This document shows, piece after piece, positions 30,766 through 39,800 of a DNA stretch of 64,000 nt. The DNA is from an uncultured Bacteroidota bacterium. Its GTDB lineage: Bacteria > Bacteroidota > Ignavibacteria > UBA10030 > UBA8401. The stretch covers positions 33,615 to 97,614 of the forward strand of contig CAWGZY010000007.1 in NCBI GenBank assembly GCA_963827085.1, in the 5' to 3' direction. The translations under genes were made by a program, and so were the position numbers. Within the stretch, counting starts at the first letter, position 1. Each line of letters opens with the position of its first letter. The notes under the pieces were generated by a model, which did not search any database, was not told the DNA's origin, and was given only the letters and a program-made list of their open reading frames with translations.

Positions 30766-30925
30766 TGTACCAAAGCCTTGGTAGTGTTACAGTTTGAGCA
30801 TATCAAACCGAAAAAATGTGTGTCATGCCAGCGAAAGCTGGCATCCAGGCCGATTAAACTGGATTCCGGCTTTCGCCGGAATGACATTTACTTCGAAATT
30901 GTAACACTACCAAAGCCTTGATAGT
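30766..30925. repeat. Composite palindromic (MITE/REP-like) element in the ccmA-ccmB spacer
   Basis: About 25-nt imperfect terminal inverted repeats (core ggtagtgttaca at 30781-30792 and tgtaacactacc at 30900-30911). These enclose two inverted copies of a 28-nt hairpin module (30821-30848 and 30859-30886; 8-bp stems, GAAA/TTTC loops). Confidence 0.65.
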
Positions 30926-30955
30926 CGCCCTGTAAAATCGTATGTTACAAGTGCC

Positions 30956-31630
30956 GTGAAATCCCTTTTTATACCGTCATATTATATCTTTGTAAAAGAT
31001 TCGCGCTCGGAACTCAGGACGCGGTATGCGCTGAATGCCTTGTTCATGTTCGTGGTGACGGCGCTTTCCATTATTCTCTTTTCACTTGGCAGCGAGTCGA
31101 TCAGTCCGGATGTACTTGCCGGAATGCTATGGGTGATTATTTTTTTTTCGAGCATGTCAGGGTTGTCGCGGACGTTTGTGAGCGAGGAGGAACGCGGCAC
31201 CGTTTTGACGCTGCAGCTTATTTCATCTCCGACGCCGGTCTATGTCGGCAAATTGATTTTTAATTTTATTCTGACGCTGTCCCTGAACGTCGTTATCTCG
31301 CTCCTCTATATGTTGTTGATCAACAACTTTGTTGTGGCATCGGCGGACATTTTTTGGACAACAATATTCCTCGGGAGCTGCGCTATCGCAAGTTCCTCAA
31401 CAATAATTGCGGCAATCATCGCGAAAGCGAATACCAGAGGGACACTTTATCCCGTGCTCTCGTTTCCGATCATGCTGCCGATGCTTATGACGGTGATTAA
31501 GGCGACACAGCTTTCACTCGAAGGAGCTTTTTTTACCGAAGCGCTCGGAGAATTCCAAATACTCATTTCGTACACAGTCGTGATCGTAGCGGTGTCAGTT
31601 ATTTTATTCGAATTTGTTTGGAAGGATTAG
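30956..31630 (+). CDS. ccmB: Heme exporter membrane protein CcmB
   Basis: 224 aa, 6 TM segments, SEEERGTVLTLQL motif typical of CcmB. GTG start. Confidence 0.85.
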   Translation: MKSLFIPSYYIFVKDSRSELRTRYALNALFMFVVTALSIILFSLGSESISPDVLAGMLWVIIFFSSMSGLSRTFVSEEERGTVLTLQLISSPTPVYVGKLIFNFILTLSLNVVISLLYMLLINNFVVASADIFWTTIFLGSCAIASSSTIIAAIIAKANTRGTLYPVLSFPIMLPMLMTVIKATQLSLEGAFFTEALGEFQILISYTVVIVAVSVILFEFVWKD

Positions 31631-31636
31631 CGAACG

Positions 31637-32341
31637 ATGACTAAATATTTTATCGGCAAAATCGGGCTTGTCGTCTGGTTGACGATTGTTATTATTGCCG
31701 GTTTTGTCATGCCGATGGTGCCGGTTCCTGCGCAGTGGTATGAACTGCCGATCATACCGGCACTTGAAGACAAGGCAAGGATCATTTTTTTCCATGTCCC
31801 TATGTCATGGACGACGCTTGTGGCATTCTTTGCTTCCATGGCATACGGTATCATGTATCTCAAAACAAAAAAGTTAGACTATGACCTTAGGTCGGTTTCC
31901 GCCGCCGGACTCGGAATGATGTTCTGTATTTTGGCGACAGTGACGGGTTCCATTTGGGCGAAATTCAATTGGGGATCGTTTTGGAATTGGGATCCGCGTG
32001 AAACTTCTATCTTCGTTCTTTTGTTAATTTATGGGGCATATTTTGCACTTCGTTCGGCGATCGATGTGGAAGAAAAAAGAGCAACACTTTCTGCTGTATA
32101 TGCAATCATCGCCGGCGTCACGGCGCCATTTTTCATATTTGTGATGCCGCGGATTATGACCGGCCTGCATCCGGGGGCGAAAGGCGATGAAGGCGGATCG
32201 ACGCCGGTTGCTCAGCTTCATATGCCGCCGAATATGCGGATTGTTTTCTTTGCATCGATCATCGGGTTCACGTTTTTGTATTTTTGGATGTTCAACATAA
32301 AAATTCGTTCCGCTCGCCTGGAAGCGGGATCACATCAATAG
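31637..32341 (+). CDS. ccmC: Heme exporter/heme-handling protein CcmC
   Basis: WWD motif WGSFWNWDPRETS and conserved His residues in flanking loops. Confidence 0.92.
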   Translation: MTKYFIGKIGLVVWLTIVIIAGFVMPMVPVPAQWYELPIIPALEDKARIIFFHVPMSWTTLVAFFASMAYGIMYLKTKKLDYDLRSVSAAGLGMMFCILATVTGSIWAKFNWGSFWNWDPRETSIFVLLLIYGAYFALRSAIDVEEKRATLSAVYAIIAGVTAPFFIFVMPRIMTGLHPGAKGDEGGSTPVAQLHMPPNMRIVFFASIIGFTFLYFWMFNIKIRSARLEAGSHQ

Positions 32342-32355
32342 CAGGAGTGTCGACA

Positions 32356-32487
32356 GTGGAATTCTTTGCCGATCATCAACTCTATATCGTCATGAGCATC
32401 GTGCTCATTATATGGTTCGGGTTCATTTTTTATTTATTCCGGCTTGATAAGAAGATCAGCAAGCTCGAAAAAAGCTTACGGAAGTGA
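32356..32487 (+). CDS. ccmD: CcmD-like small single-TM protein
   Basis: About 43 aa with one TM segment (YIVMSIVLIIWFGFIFYLF) followed by a basic tail. Assigned by its position between ccmC and ccmE. GTG start with AGGAG 8 nt upstream. Start and identity are tentative. Confidence 0.5.
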   Translation: MEFFADHQLYIVMSIVLIIWFGFIFYLFRLDKKISKLEKSLRK

Positions 32488-32497
32488 GGAGGATGTT

Positions 32498-32887
32498 ATG
32501 AAAGCAAAAATCATTATAGCGGCGGTTGTCATCGTTGCATTTATTATTTTCGGAGCGGTCTCCTTTTTGGACAGCAACGTTGAATATACCGACTTTGCAA
32601 AGGCGGAAAAATCCGCCAAAAAGGTCCAGGTGAAGGGGGCGTGGGTGAAGGAGAAGGAGACTCAATTTGATGCAAAAGCAGGGCAGTTTACTTTCTACAT
32701 GAGAGACGACAGCCAACGCGAAGCAAAGGTCGTGCTCGATGGCGCGAAGCCGAATAATTTTGAGCTCGCGACGAGTGTCGTGGCGAAAGGAAGATATAAG
32801 GACGGGTGTTTTCATGCTACGGAGCTTCTTACAAAATGCCCCTCAAAATACGAAGGCGATGCAACGGCGGTAAAGAAAACATTGTAG
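32498..32887 (+). CDS. ccmE: Cytochrome c maturation heme chaperone CcmE, Cys (CxxxY) variant
   Basis: N-terminal TM anchor plus an OB-fold region. The C-terminal LLTKCPSKYEG has Cys114 (nt 32837-32839) where canonical CcmE has the heme-binding His of HxxxY. GAGGAGGA Shine-Dalgarno sequence upstream. Confidence 0.85.
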   Translation: MKAKIIIAAVVIVAFIIFGAVSFLDSNVEYTDFAKAEKSAKKVQVKGAWVKEKETQFDAKAGQFTFYMRDDSQREAKVVLDGAKPNNFELATSVVAKGRYKDGCFHATELLTKCPSKYEGDATAVKKTL

Positions 32888-32915
32888 TGTAGCCAACTAA
32901 GCGAGAGAAGAGAGA

Positions 32916-35228
32916 ATGACCGGCAGCATTATCATAAGGATTGCTTTTGGGGCATCGTTGCTTGCAGTGCTCTTTTATTACTTGGACCACAGAAAGTATT
33001 CCAACCGGTTTTTGATGTTTGCGCGTACGGCTTACCTGACGGCGGTGGCCGGAATGATAAGCGCCGCCGCCCTCTTGATCTACCTGATCATGACACATCA
33101 ATTCAACTATACATATGTGTGGAATTACAGCTCTACAGATCTCCCGGGTCCGCTTCTTTTCTCGACGTTTTACGCGGGACAAGAAGGGAGTTTCTCGCTG
33201 TGGGCATTCTACACGAGCATCGTCGGCCTCGCGTTGATGTGGTATTCATCACGCAAAGGATATGAGTCTGAGTTGATGTTGATTTACTCGGCGATCCTCT
33301 CCTTCCTTTTCTTGATGCTCATACTGAAAAACCCCTTTACCTATATCTGGGATGTGTTTCCCAAAGATTTGATTCATACCGGACCGATTCCGGCAAGCGT
33401 TGTTAATTTTGTTTGGCTCGACCAGGCAAAAGGGATCTGGGCGCAATATCCGAACGAAGGGAAAGGATTAAATCCGCTCCTCCAAAATTATTGGATGGTC
33501 ATTCACCCGCAGGTTTTATTTATCGGGTTCACTTCAATGTCCGTCCCATTCGCGTACGCAGTGGCAGGAATGCTAAAGCGTGACTACGTCAGCTGGATAC
33601 GCGTTTCAACGCCGTGGACTGTCTTTGGCGCAATGGTGCTAGGCACGGGAGTCGTCATGGGGGGGTTTTGGGCGTACGAGACCCTTGGATGGGGAGGATA
33701 TTGGGGATGGGATCCGGTCGAGAATTCCTCGCTTGTACCGTGGCTTTTTTGCGTTGCTTCGATCCATACGATGCTTTCGCAGCGGAGGAGCGGAAGTTTC
33801 ATCAAAACAAATTTCGTCTTGAGCATTTTGTGTTTTATCATGGTGCTCTATTCCACCTTCTTGACTCGCAGCGGAGTGCTTGGCGATACCTCGGTTCACT
33901 CATTCGTTGAACCGGGAATGCTGGTGTACTGGATGCTCCTTGCCGGGCTTTTTCTTTTTACGGCAATCGGGTTCGGACTTTTCTTTGCTCGGATGAAGGA
34001 AATGCCGAAAGTTCCAGTGGAACACAGCTTTTTGTCTCGCGAGTTCGCCTTATTTCTCGGCGCATCGGCTATCGTTTTTGCGGCGATGTTCATTGTCATC
34101 GGAACTTCGTCTCCCATTATCACCGGAATTCTCAAAGGAAAAGTATCGGCGGTCGATTCGTCCTATTACGTAACGACGACGCTTCCGCTCGGAATATTTA
34201 TTGCGCTCATGGCTGGAATCGGCCAATTGCTATGGTGGAAGAATTCAGACACGGAATCGCTTCTCAGAAGCCTTCGTTTCCCAGTACTCCTCGCAATAGT
34301 CTTCACCGTCGGGACCTATTTTATCGGTGCTCATCAGGCCTCAATGTTGATCTTTATTTTTGCCTCCTCGTTTGCTCTCTTTACCAATGCAGCGGTTGGG
34401 TTTAGAATTTTCAAAGGGAATCCGAAAATGGCGGGGGGCTCGATCGCGCACATCGGATTGGCGCTGATGTTTCTCGGTTTTGTTGCTTCAGCAAAGTATG
34501 ACAACAAAGAAACAGTATCGCTGGAACAGGGAAAAAAGGTTGAGGCTTTGGGATATTCGATGCGATACATCGGATACCATCCGATCGAACGGGGAAGGTT
34601 TGCGTTTGATGTAGAGGTCGAAAAAGGGGATCAAAAGTTTATCGTCGCTCCCGTGATGTTCAACAATAAAGAGAGTGAAGGGTTGATGAGAAACCCAGAC
34701 ATTATCAACCTGATGACGAAAGATTTTTATGTTTCGCCTCTTTCACTCGAGAGTCCGGATACGAAAAACGAACAAGAGTTGACAGTCGAGAAGGATGAAG
34801 TCCAGAAGTTTCAAGACATGTCGATTACGTATCTCGGATATAATTTCACAACCTCCCCGGAAAAGGGAAACGTTGTAACTGTTTCACTGGACGTTGTTCG
34901 CGGCAACGAAACGTTTCACCTTTCGCCGGAGATGCACAATGAAAGGGGAAAAGTAAGTTTCATTCCTGCCGCGCTGCCGAACAGCGGCGTATCGTTCGCG
35001 ATCAAAGGAATGGGGTTGGGGAATGGCGGCAGGGGAAAGTCGTCTATCACGATCACAGTCAGCACACCGTTGGATGCCGGCCAGGCACAAAAAAACGAAA
35101 CACTGATTGTTGAGGCAAGTATCAAGCCGTTCATCAATTTGGTGTGGGTTGGGACGATTACTCTGGTCGCGGGATTCTTTATTACAATTCTTCGAAGGGG
35201 AAGCGAAGCGAGAAAGAACACAACGTAA
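32916..35228 (+). CDS. ccmF: Cytochrome c heme lyase subunit CcmF (long form, 770 aa)
   Basis: WWD motif LGWGGYWGWDPVENSSL and more than 13 TM segments. It has a soluble insert of about 170 aa near the C-terminus, before the last TM segment. Confidence 0.92.
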   Translation: MTGSIIIRIAFGASLLAVLFYYLDHRKYSNRFLMFARTAYLTAVAGMISAAALLIYLIMTHQFNYTYVWNYSSTDLPGPLLFSTFYAGQEGSFSLWAFYTSIVGLALMWYSSRKGYESELMLIYSAILSFLFLMLILKNPFTYIWDVFPKDLIHTGPIPASVVNFVWLDQAKGIWAQYPNEGKGLNPLLQNYWMVIHPQVLFIGFTSMSVPFAYAVAGMLKRDYVSWIRVSTPWTVFGAMVLGTGVVMGGFWAYETLGWGGYWGWDPVENSSLVPWLFCVASIHTMLSQRRSGSFIKTNFVLSILCFIMVLYSTFLTRSGVLGDTSVHSFVEPGMLVYWMLLAGLFLFTAIGFGLFFARMKEMPKVPVEHSFLSREFALFLGASAIVFAAMFIVIGTSSPIITGILKGKVSAVDSSYYVTTTLPLGIFIALMAGIGQLLWWKNSDTESLLRSLRFPVLLAIVFTVGTYFIGAHQASMLIFIFASSFALFTNAAVGFRIFKGNPKMAGGSIAHIGLALMFLGFVASAKYDNKETVSLEQGKKVEALGYSMRYIGYHPIERGRFAFDVEVEKGDQKFIVAPVMFNNKESEGLMRNPDIINLMTKDFYVSPLSLESPDTKNEQELTVEKDEVQKFQDMSITYLGYNFTTSPEKGNVVTVSLDVVRGNETFHLSPEMHNERGKVSFIPAALPNSGVSFAIKGMGLGNGGRGKSSITITVSTPLDAGQAQKNETLIVEASIKPFINLVWVGTITLVAGFFITILRRGSEARKNTT

Positions 35229-35240
35229 CGCTTATTCAGG

Positions 35241-35311
35241 TCTCGCTCCCAATCTCCGATTGGGAGCGCCGTAAGAGTTGAATTGTTCCCAATAAGACGT
35301 TGAGAACAAGA
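35241..35311. repeat. Palindromic unit, copy A (degenerate, shortened centre)
   Basis: gctcccaatc-tcc-gattgggagc hairpin (35245-35267) plus a decayed second hairpin gttcccaataagacgttgagaac (35285-35307). Begins 13 nt after the ccmF stop, so it may act as the ccmF terminator. Confidence 0.7.
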
Positions 35312-35407
35312 TGAGGATCAATTTCCCATCGGCACGCCCTTCATTATATTCTCATCTTCCAATCTTCAACAACTTTTTGACTGATTCGAATTTTGCCGGC
35401 GAGGATT
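35312..35407. repeat. Duplicated copy (about 93% identical by hand count) of 35785-35880, the last 64 nt of the 35817-36497 CDS plus its 32-nt 3' flank
   Basis: Hand alignment gives 7 mismatches in about 96 nt, with an identical core of more than 50 nt (ttcattatattctcatcttccaatcttcaacaactttttgactgattcgaattt). It generates the chimeric ORF 35344..35529(-), which ends ...IRISQKVVEDWKMRI like the real gene. Confidence 0.85.
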
Positions 35408-35408
35408 A

Positions 35409-35496
35409 TCTCGTTCCCAATCTGAGATTGGGAACGCATCCAGGATGAAGCGGAGCTTCTCAGGTTAGCGTTCCCAACGAGACGTTGGGAACGAGA
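35409..35496. repeat. Palindromic unit, copy B (88 bp, three hairpins)
   Basis: Hairpins gttcccaatc-tga-gattgggaac (35413-35435), gaagc-gga-gcttc, and gttcccaacg-aga-cgttgggaac (35470-35492). Terminal inverted repeat (a)tctcgttcccaa / ttgggaacgaga(t). Confidence 0.85.
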
Positions 35497-35533
35497 TGAA
35501 CGGATTGGAGAAATTAGCAGTTTTAACATAAGA

Positions 35534-35621
35534 TCTCGTTCCCAATCGGAGATTGGGAACGCATCCAGGATGAAGCGGAGCTTCTCAGGTTAGCGTTCCC
35601 AACGAGACGTTGGGAACAAGA
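35534..35621. repeat. Palindromic unit, copy C
   Basis: 2 mismatches versus copy B in 88 nt by hand count. One lies in the first hairpin loop (gga versus tga) and one in the right terminal repeat. Confidence 0.85.
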
Positions 35622-35696
35622 TGGGGAAGTAGGTTTTTGAATTTTTCAGTGTATTCTTTTATTTGCTTTTGTGTTATTCTGTCTAGAATGTTTGAA

Positions 35697-35784
35697 TCTC
35701 GTTCCCAATCTCAGATTGGGAACACATACAGGATGAAGCGGAGCTTCTTGGGTTAGCGTTCCCAACGAGACGTTGGGAACGAGA
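35697..35784. repeat. Palindromic unit, copy D
   Basis: 5 mismatches versus copy B, in the first-hairpin loop (tca) and the central segment. Both 10-bp stems are intact. Followed by the genuine 3' end of the 35817-36497 gene. Confidence 0.85.
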
Positions 35785-35816
35785 TGAGGATCAACTTCCC
35801 ATAAGCGCGCTCTTCA

Positions 35817-36497
35817 TTATATTCTCATCTTCCAATCTTCAACAACTTTTTGACTGATTCGAATTTCGCCGGCGACGATTTCGCTTGGAATCGGGTCCGG
35901 CGGATATTTCTGGCACGTACCGCTGATTCCCTCAAGATTAGAAAGATTCCATCTCGTGCCGCAATTGTCGCAGACCAATTCCTGTGATTCGGTGTGAAAA
36001 CTTTTCGAATTGCACGGGTCGCACATAGCGATCGAGGTGACAAGTTTCCCTTGCGGATTGATGTATGCCATTAAATCCACCGTCTTCGTCTTCCCCTCAT
36101 ACGTGAATCCGACCATTTTCTTTTCCATGACATCAGAAAGGGAAATAACGATGAACCCGTTTTCAACCTTCGATGAAACGGGAGCCATCGTCAATTTGAT
36201 GCCGTCATATCTCTGAGCATCCGATACCGTGGGCTGATTCTTGATGACCGGATGGTCTCCCCCGGGAAGGCTTTTGACGAAAACAATCGCCATTCCCAGC
36301 AACAGCAGTAAGCCGGCTGCAAAATAGGCAGCCTTGGCTTTTTCGCTCATGGCTCTTTTCCCTTTAACGGCGGCGGCAGAAGGGAGGGCGTCTTTTGACG
36401 GCGCTATTGGAGCAGAATGTGCGGGGACTTTTGTTCCGCAATTCGGGCAAAATAGAGCATCATTCTTTAATTCACTTCCACATTTGGCGCATTTCAT
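35817..36497 (-). CDS. Zinc-ribbon / single-TM / Cys-rich DUF2318-like domain protein (putative metal-handling accessory protein)
   Basis: N-terminal CAKCGSEL...CPNCG zinc ribbon and a TM segment (AAYFAAGLLLLLGMAIVFV). The C-terminal AMCDPCNSKSF...LVCDNCGTRWNL...GTCQKYPP resembles DUF2318 as I remember it. Last gene of the cus-like operon. Confidence 0.7.
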   Translation of the reverse strand: MKCAKCGSELKNDALFCPNCGTKVPAHSAPIAPSKDALPSAAAVKGKRAMSEKAKAAYFAAGLLLLLGMAIVFVKSLPGGDHPVIKNQPTVSDAQRYDGIKLTMAPVSSKVENGFIVISLSDVMEKKMVGFTYEGKTKTVDLMAYINPQGKLVTSIAMCDPCNSKSFHTESQELVCDNCGTRWNLSNLEGISGTCQKYPPDPIPSEIVAGEIRISQKVVEDWKMRI

Positions 36498-36521
36498 GCT
36501 TAGACTCTAGACTTAGTATTC

Positions 36522-36755
36522 TTATTTTGCACACGATTCCTTTTTGGTTGAATCTTTCTTTGCATCCATTTTGACGCACTCATTGTTTTTATTCCCGCTG
36601 GCGCTTTTCATGTCGCAGCAACAGCAACTTTTTTTATGATGTTTGTGCGTTGTCGCTGTTGTGGTTTTCGTATCGCCGGCAGATTGTGAAGCAAGAGATG
36701 CGGAAGCAGTCATCATAAAGAAGAAAACGGTCAAAATTGATCCGATCTTTTTCAT
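36522..36755 (-). CDS. Small secreted His/Cys-rich protein (77 aa) with a CCCC run
   Basis: Signal peptide MKKIGSILTVFFFMMTASASLASQ, then THKHHKKSCCCCDMK...ECVKMD...SCAK. Lies between cusA and the DUF2318-like gene on the same strand. Confidence 0.6.
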   Translation of the reverse strand: MKKIGSILTVFFFMMTASASLASQSAGDTKTTTATTHKHHKKSCCCCDMKSASGNKNNECVKMDAKKDSTKKESCAK

Positions 36756-36892
36756 AGATTCCTTTCAAGGTCAGCGTTTAGTTGAATTCAATATGAATAA
36801 TATACAACACAACGCCATGAAGCAAGTGTAAGTTCCTTCTAAAATACAAATTAGCATTTATTCGTTGCTCGTTCGTAAGTTTTCGACCATCC

Positions 36893-39800
36893 TTAATTTT
36901 CCAACAATCGTCCTTGCGATTTCGCGTCTTTTTTCAAGTTCCAGGACTTCCAGAGGAAGTATATGACGGGATAGATTGCAAGTTCCATGAGCACCGAGGT
37001 AACGACACCGCCAACCATGGGTGCTGCAATTCTTTTCATTACGTCCGCGCCGGTTCCATTACTCCACATGATCGGGAGAAGACCGGCGATGATGACGGAA
37101 GCCGTCATTATTTTTGGCCTGACCCGCTTGACAGCGCCCTGATGGATGGCATCTTTTAAATCTTTCAGTCCGCGCATCATTCCTTTTTTGCTCCATTCGC
37201 CAAATGCCTGGTCGAGATACAAAAGCATAACAACGCCGGTTTCAGCGTCCAATCCCGCCAGTGCGATGATCCCGACCCACACGGCAATGCTGAGATTGTA
37301 TCCAAGGAAATACAAGAACCAAAATGCGCCGACAAGTGAGAAGGGGACAGCCAGGAAAATAATCGCCACTTTTGCGAAAGACCTCGTGTTCAAATAGATA
37401 ATCATGACGATGATAAATAACGTCAATGGTATCACAAGCATCAAGCGGTGCTCCGCCCTTGCCATGTTTTCATATTCTCCGCTCCAGACGATATTATAGC
37501 CGGCAGGAAGCTTAATCTTTTCTGCCAAAATGTTTTGAGCGGTTTTCACGTAACTGCCGACATCGACATCTTTGATATCGACATAGACCCACGCATTGGG
37601 ACGAGAATTTTCACTCCGTATCACCATCGGGCCTTTCCGGGTGCTGATCGTAGCCAGTTGACCGATGGGAATTTGTCCACCTCCCGGAGCGGCCACTAGA
37701 ATACGATTAACAGCTTCAATATTATCGCGTAATTCACGGCTGTATCGTAAGTTCACAGGATATCGTTCAAGCCCTTCGACGGTATTCGTAATGCTCATGC
37801 CCCCCATGGCAGTTTGAATCACGTTCTCGACGTCGCCAATCGCGAGTCCGTATCGTGCTGCTTCCTTGCGGTTGATATCGACATCGAGATAATTGCCGCC
37901 GACAGCTCGTTCAGCAAAAGCGCTTGATGTTCCAGGGACTCCCCGCATTACGGACTCGATGGATGCTCCCAACTTTTCCAGAACGGCTAGGTCGGGGCCG
38001 GAGATTTTAATTCCTACGGGGGTTTTTATTCCTGTGCTCAGCATATCCGTTCGTGTCTTGATCGGCATTGTCCATGCATTTGTCACCCCGGGAAATTGGA
38101 TGGAACGATCCATTTCGTCGATTAGTTTCTGAATAGTCATCCCCGAACGCCATTCGGCTTCGGGTTTTAGCGTGATGATCGTTTCGATCATGTCCAGGCC
38201 GGCGGGGTCGGTAGCCGTTTCAGCCCTGCCAATTTTTCCAAATACATTTTGCACTTCAGGGAATTGACGGAGAATCTTATCAGTCTGCTGCAATAATTCC
38301 CTAGCCTTTGTAATTGATATGCCGGGCATCGTTGTCGGCATATATAATATATCCCCTTCGTTCAGCGGCGGCATGAATTCCGACCCAATGCGGTTGAATG
38401 GAATAATCGTTACACAGATCAGGAAGAGGGCCGCAGCAATGACCCATTTATTGAACCGGATTACGAAATCGACAACGGGGGAGTAGATTCGAATAAGGAA
38501 TCGGTTGACGGGGTTTCGTTCTTCGGGAATAATTTTCCCGCGGATCCAATATCCCATAAGGATGGGAACAATGGTGATTGAGAGGACTGCGGCTGCAGCC
38601 ATTGAATACGTCTTCGTGAATGCAAGCGGACGGAACAATCTCCCTTCTTGATCCTCGAGCGTGAAAACAGGAATGAACGAAACAGTTATGACGAGCAGAG
38701 AATAAAAAAGGGCAGGCCCGACTTCCTTCGAAGCGTCCGTGATGATCTGCCAATGGTCCCGCCGCTGTGAAAGCGGCTTTTCATTTTCTTGCTCAATATG
38801 TTTGTGCGCGTTCTCTATCATAATGATTGCAGCGTCCACCATGGCTCCGATCGCGATGGCTATTCCGCCGAGCGACATGATATTGGCGTTGATGCCTTGC
38901 CACTTCATGACGACGAACGAGATTAAGATAGCAGTAGGAAGAGTGAATATGGCAACGAACGCACTCCGCGCATGCAAGAGGAATATAATGCACACGATTG
39001 CCACGATGATGATTTCCTCTATGAGCTTTCCCTGCAGCGTATCGATGGCACGTTCGATCAGCCCCGAACGGTCGTATGCCGTTGTTATTTTCACGTCGTC
39101 CGGCAATCCTTGCTTCAGTTCTTCGAGTTTTTTCTTTACGTTGTCAATCACCTGCAACGCATTCTCTCCGTACCGCATAACGATGATTCCCCCCACCACT
39201 TCCCCTTGTCCGTTACTCTCAACCAATCCTCTTCGCATCAGGGGGCCGATCGTGACATCGGCGATATCTTGAATATACACGGGCGTTCCGCTTTTCTTAT
39301 CAACCATGACAGGGATATGCTTAATATCGTCCAATGATTTTATGTATCCCAGACCCCTGACCATAAATTCTGTTTCCCCCATTTCAATGACTTCGCCGCC
39401 GACATCATTGTTCGAATTGCTTATGGCCATCTCAACCATTTTGAGCGGAATGTTACAGGCAGAAAGCTTTACCGGGTCGACCGTCACCTGATATTCTTTT
39501 ACAAACCCGCCGACGCTGGCAACTTCTGCGACGCCGGCGACAGAAGAGAGTTCGTACTTTAAGTACCAATCCTGGTATGAACGCAGCTCTTGCAGTGAAT
39601 GTTTGTCCGACGAGAGCGTGTATTCAAATACCCAGCCGACACCGGTTGCATCGGGACCGAGTGCCGGAACAACGTCCTTCGGAAGCCGTTTCTGAGCGTA
39701 ATTTAAATACTCAAGAACGCGGCTTCGGGCCCAATACATATCTGTTCCATCTTCAAAAATTACATAGACGAGGGAGTAACCAAAAAATGAATATCCTCGA

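Noticed and set aside
30715-30921. 68-aa ORF between ccmA and ccmB
   Set aside because: It is a translation of the palindromic repeat element (...KLASRPIKLDSGFRRNDI...). It has no Shine-Dalgarno sequence, and the sequence is better explained by hairpin structure.
35344-35529. 61-aa ORF sharing its C-terminus with the DUF2318-like protein
   Set aside because: It is a chimera of repeat unit B and the duplicated gene tail, with no independent coding evidence. It is reported only as a by-product of the duplication.
35241-35784. Possible CRISPR array, given the regularly recurring repeats
   Set aside because: The repeats are about 88 bp, far longer than CRISPR repeats, and are themselves compound palindromes. 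The spacers have irregular length: 97 nt (mostly duplicated gene tail), 37 nt and 75 nt. No cas genes are present in the window.
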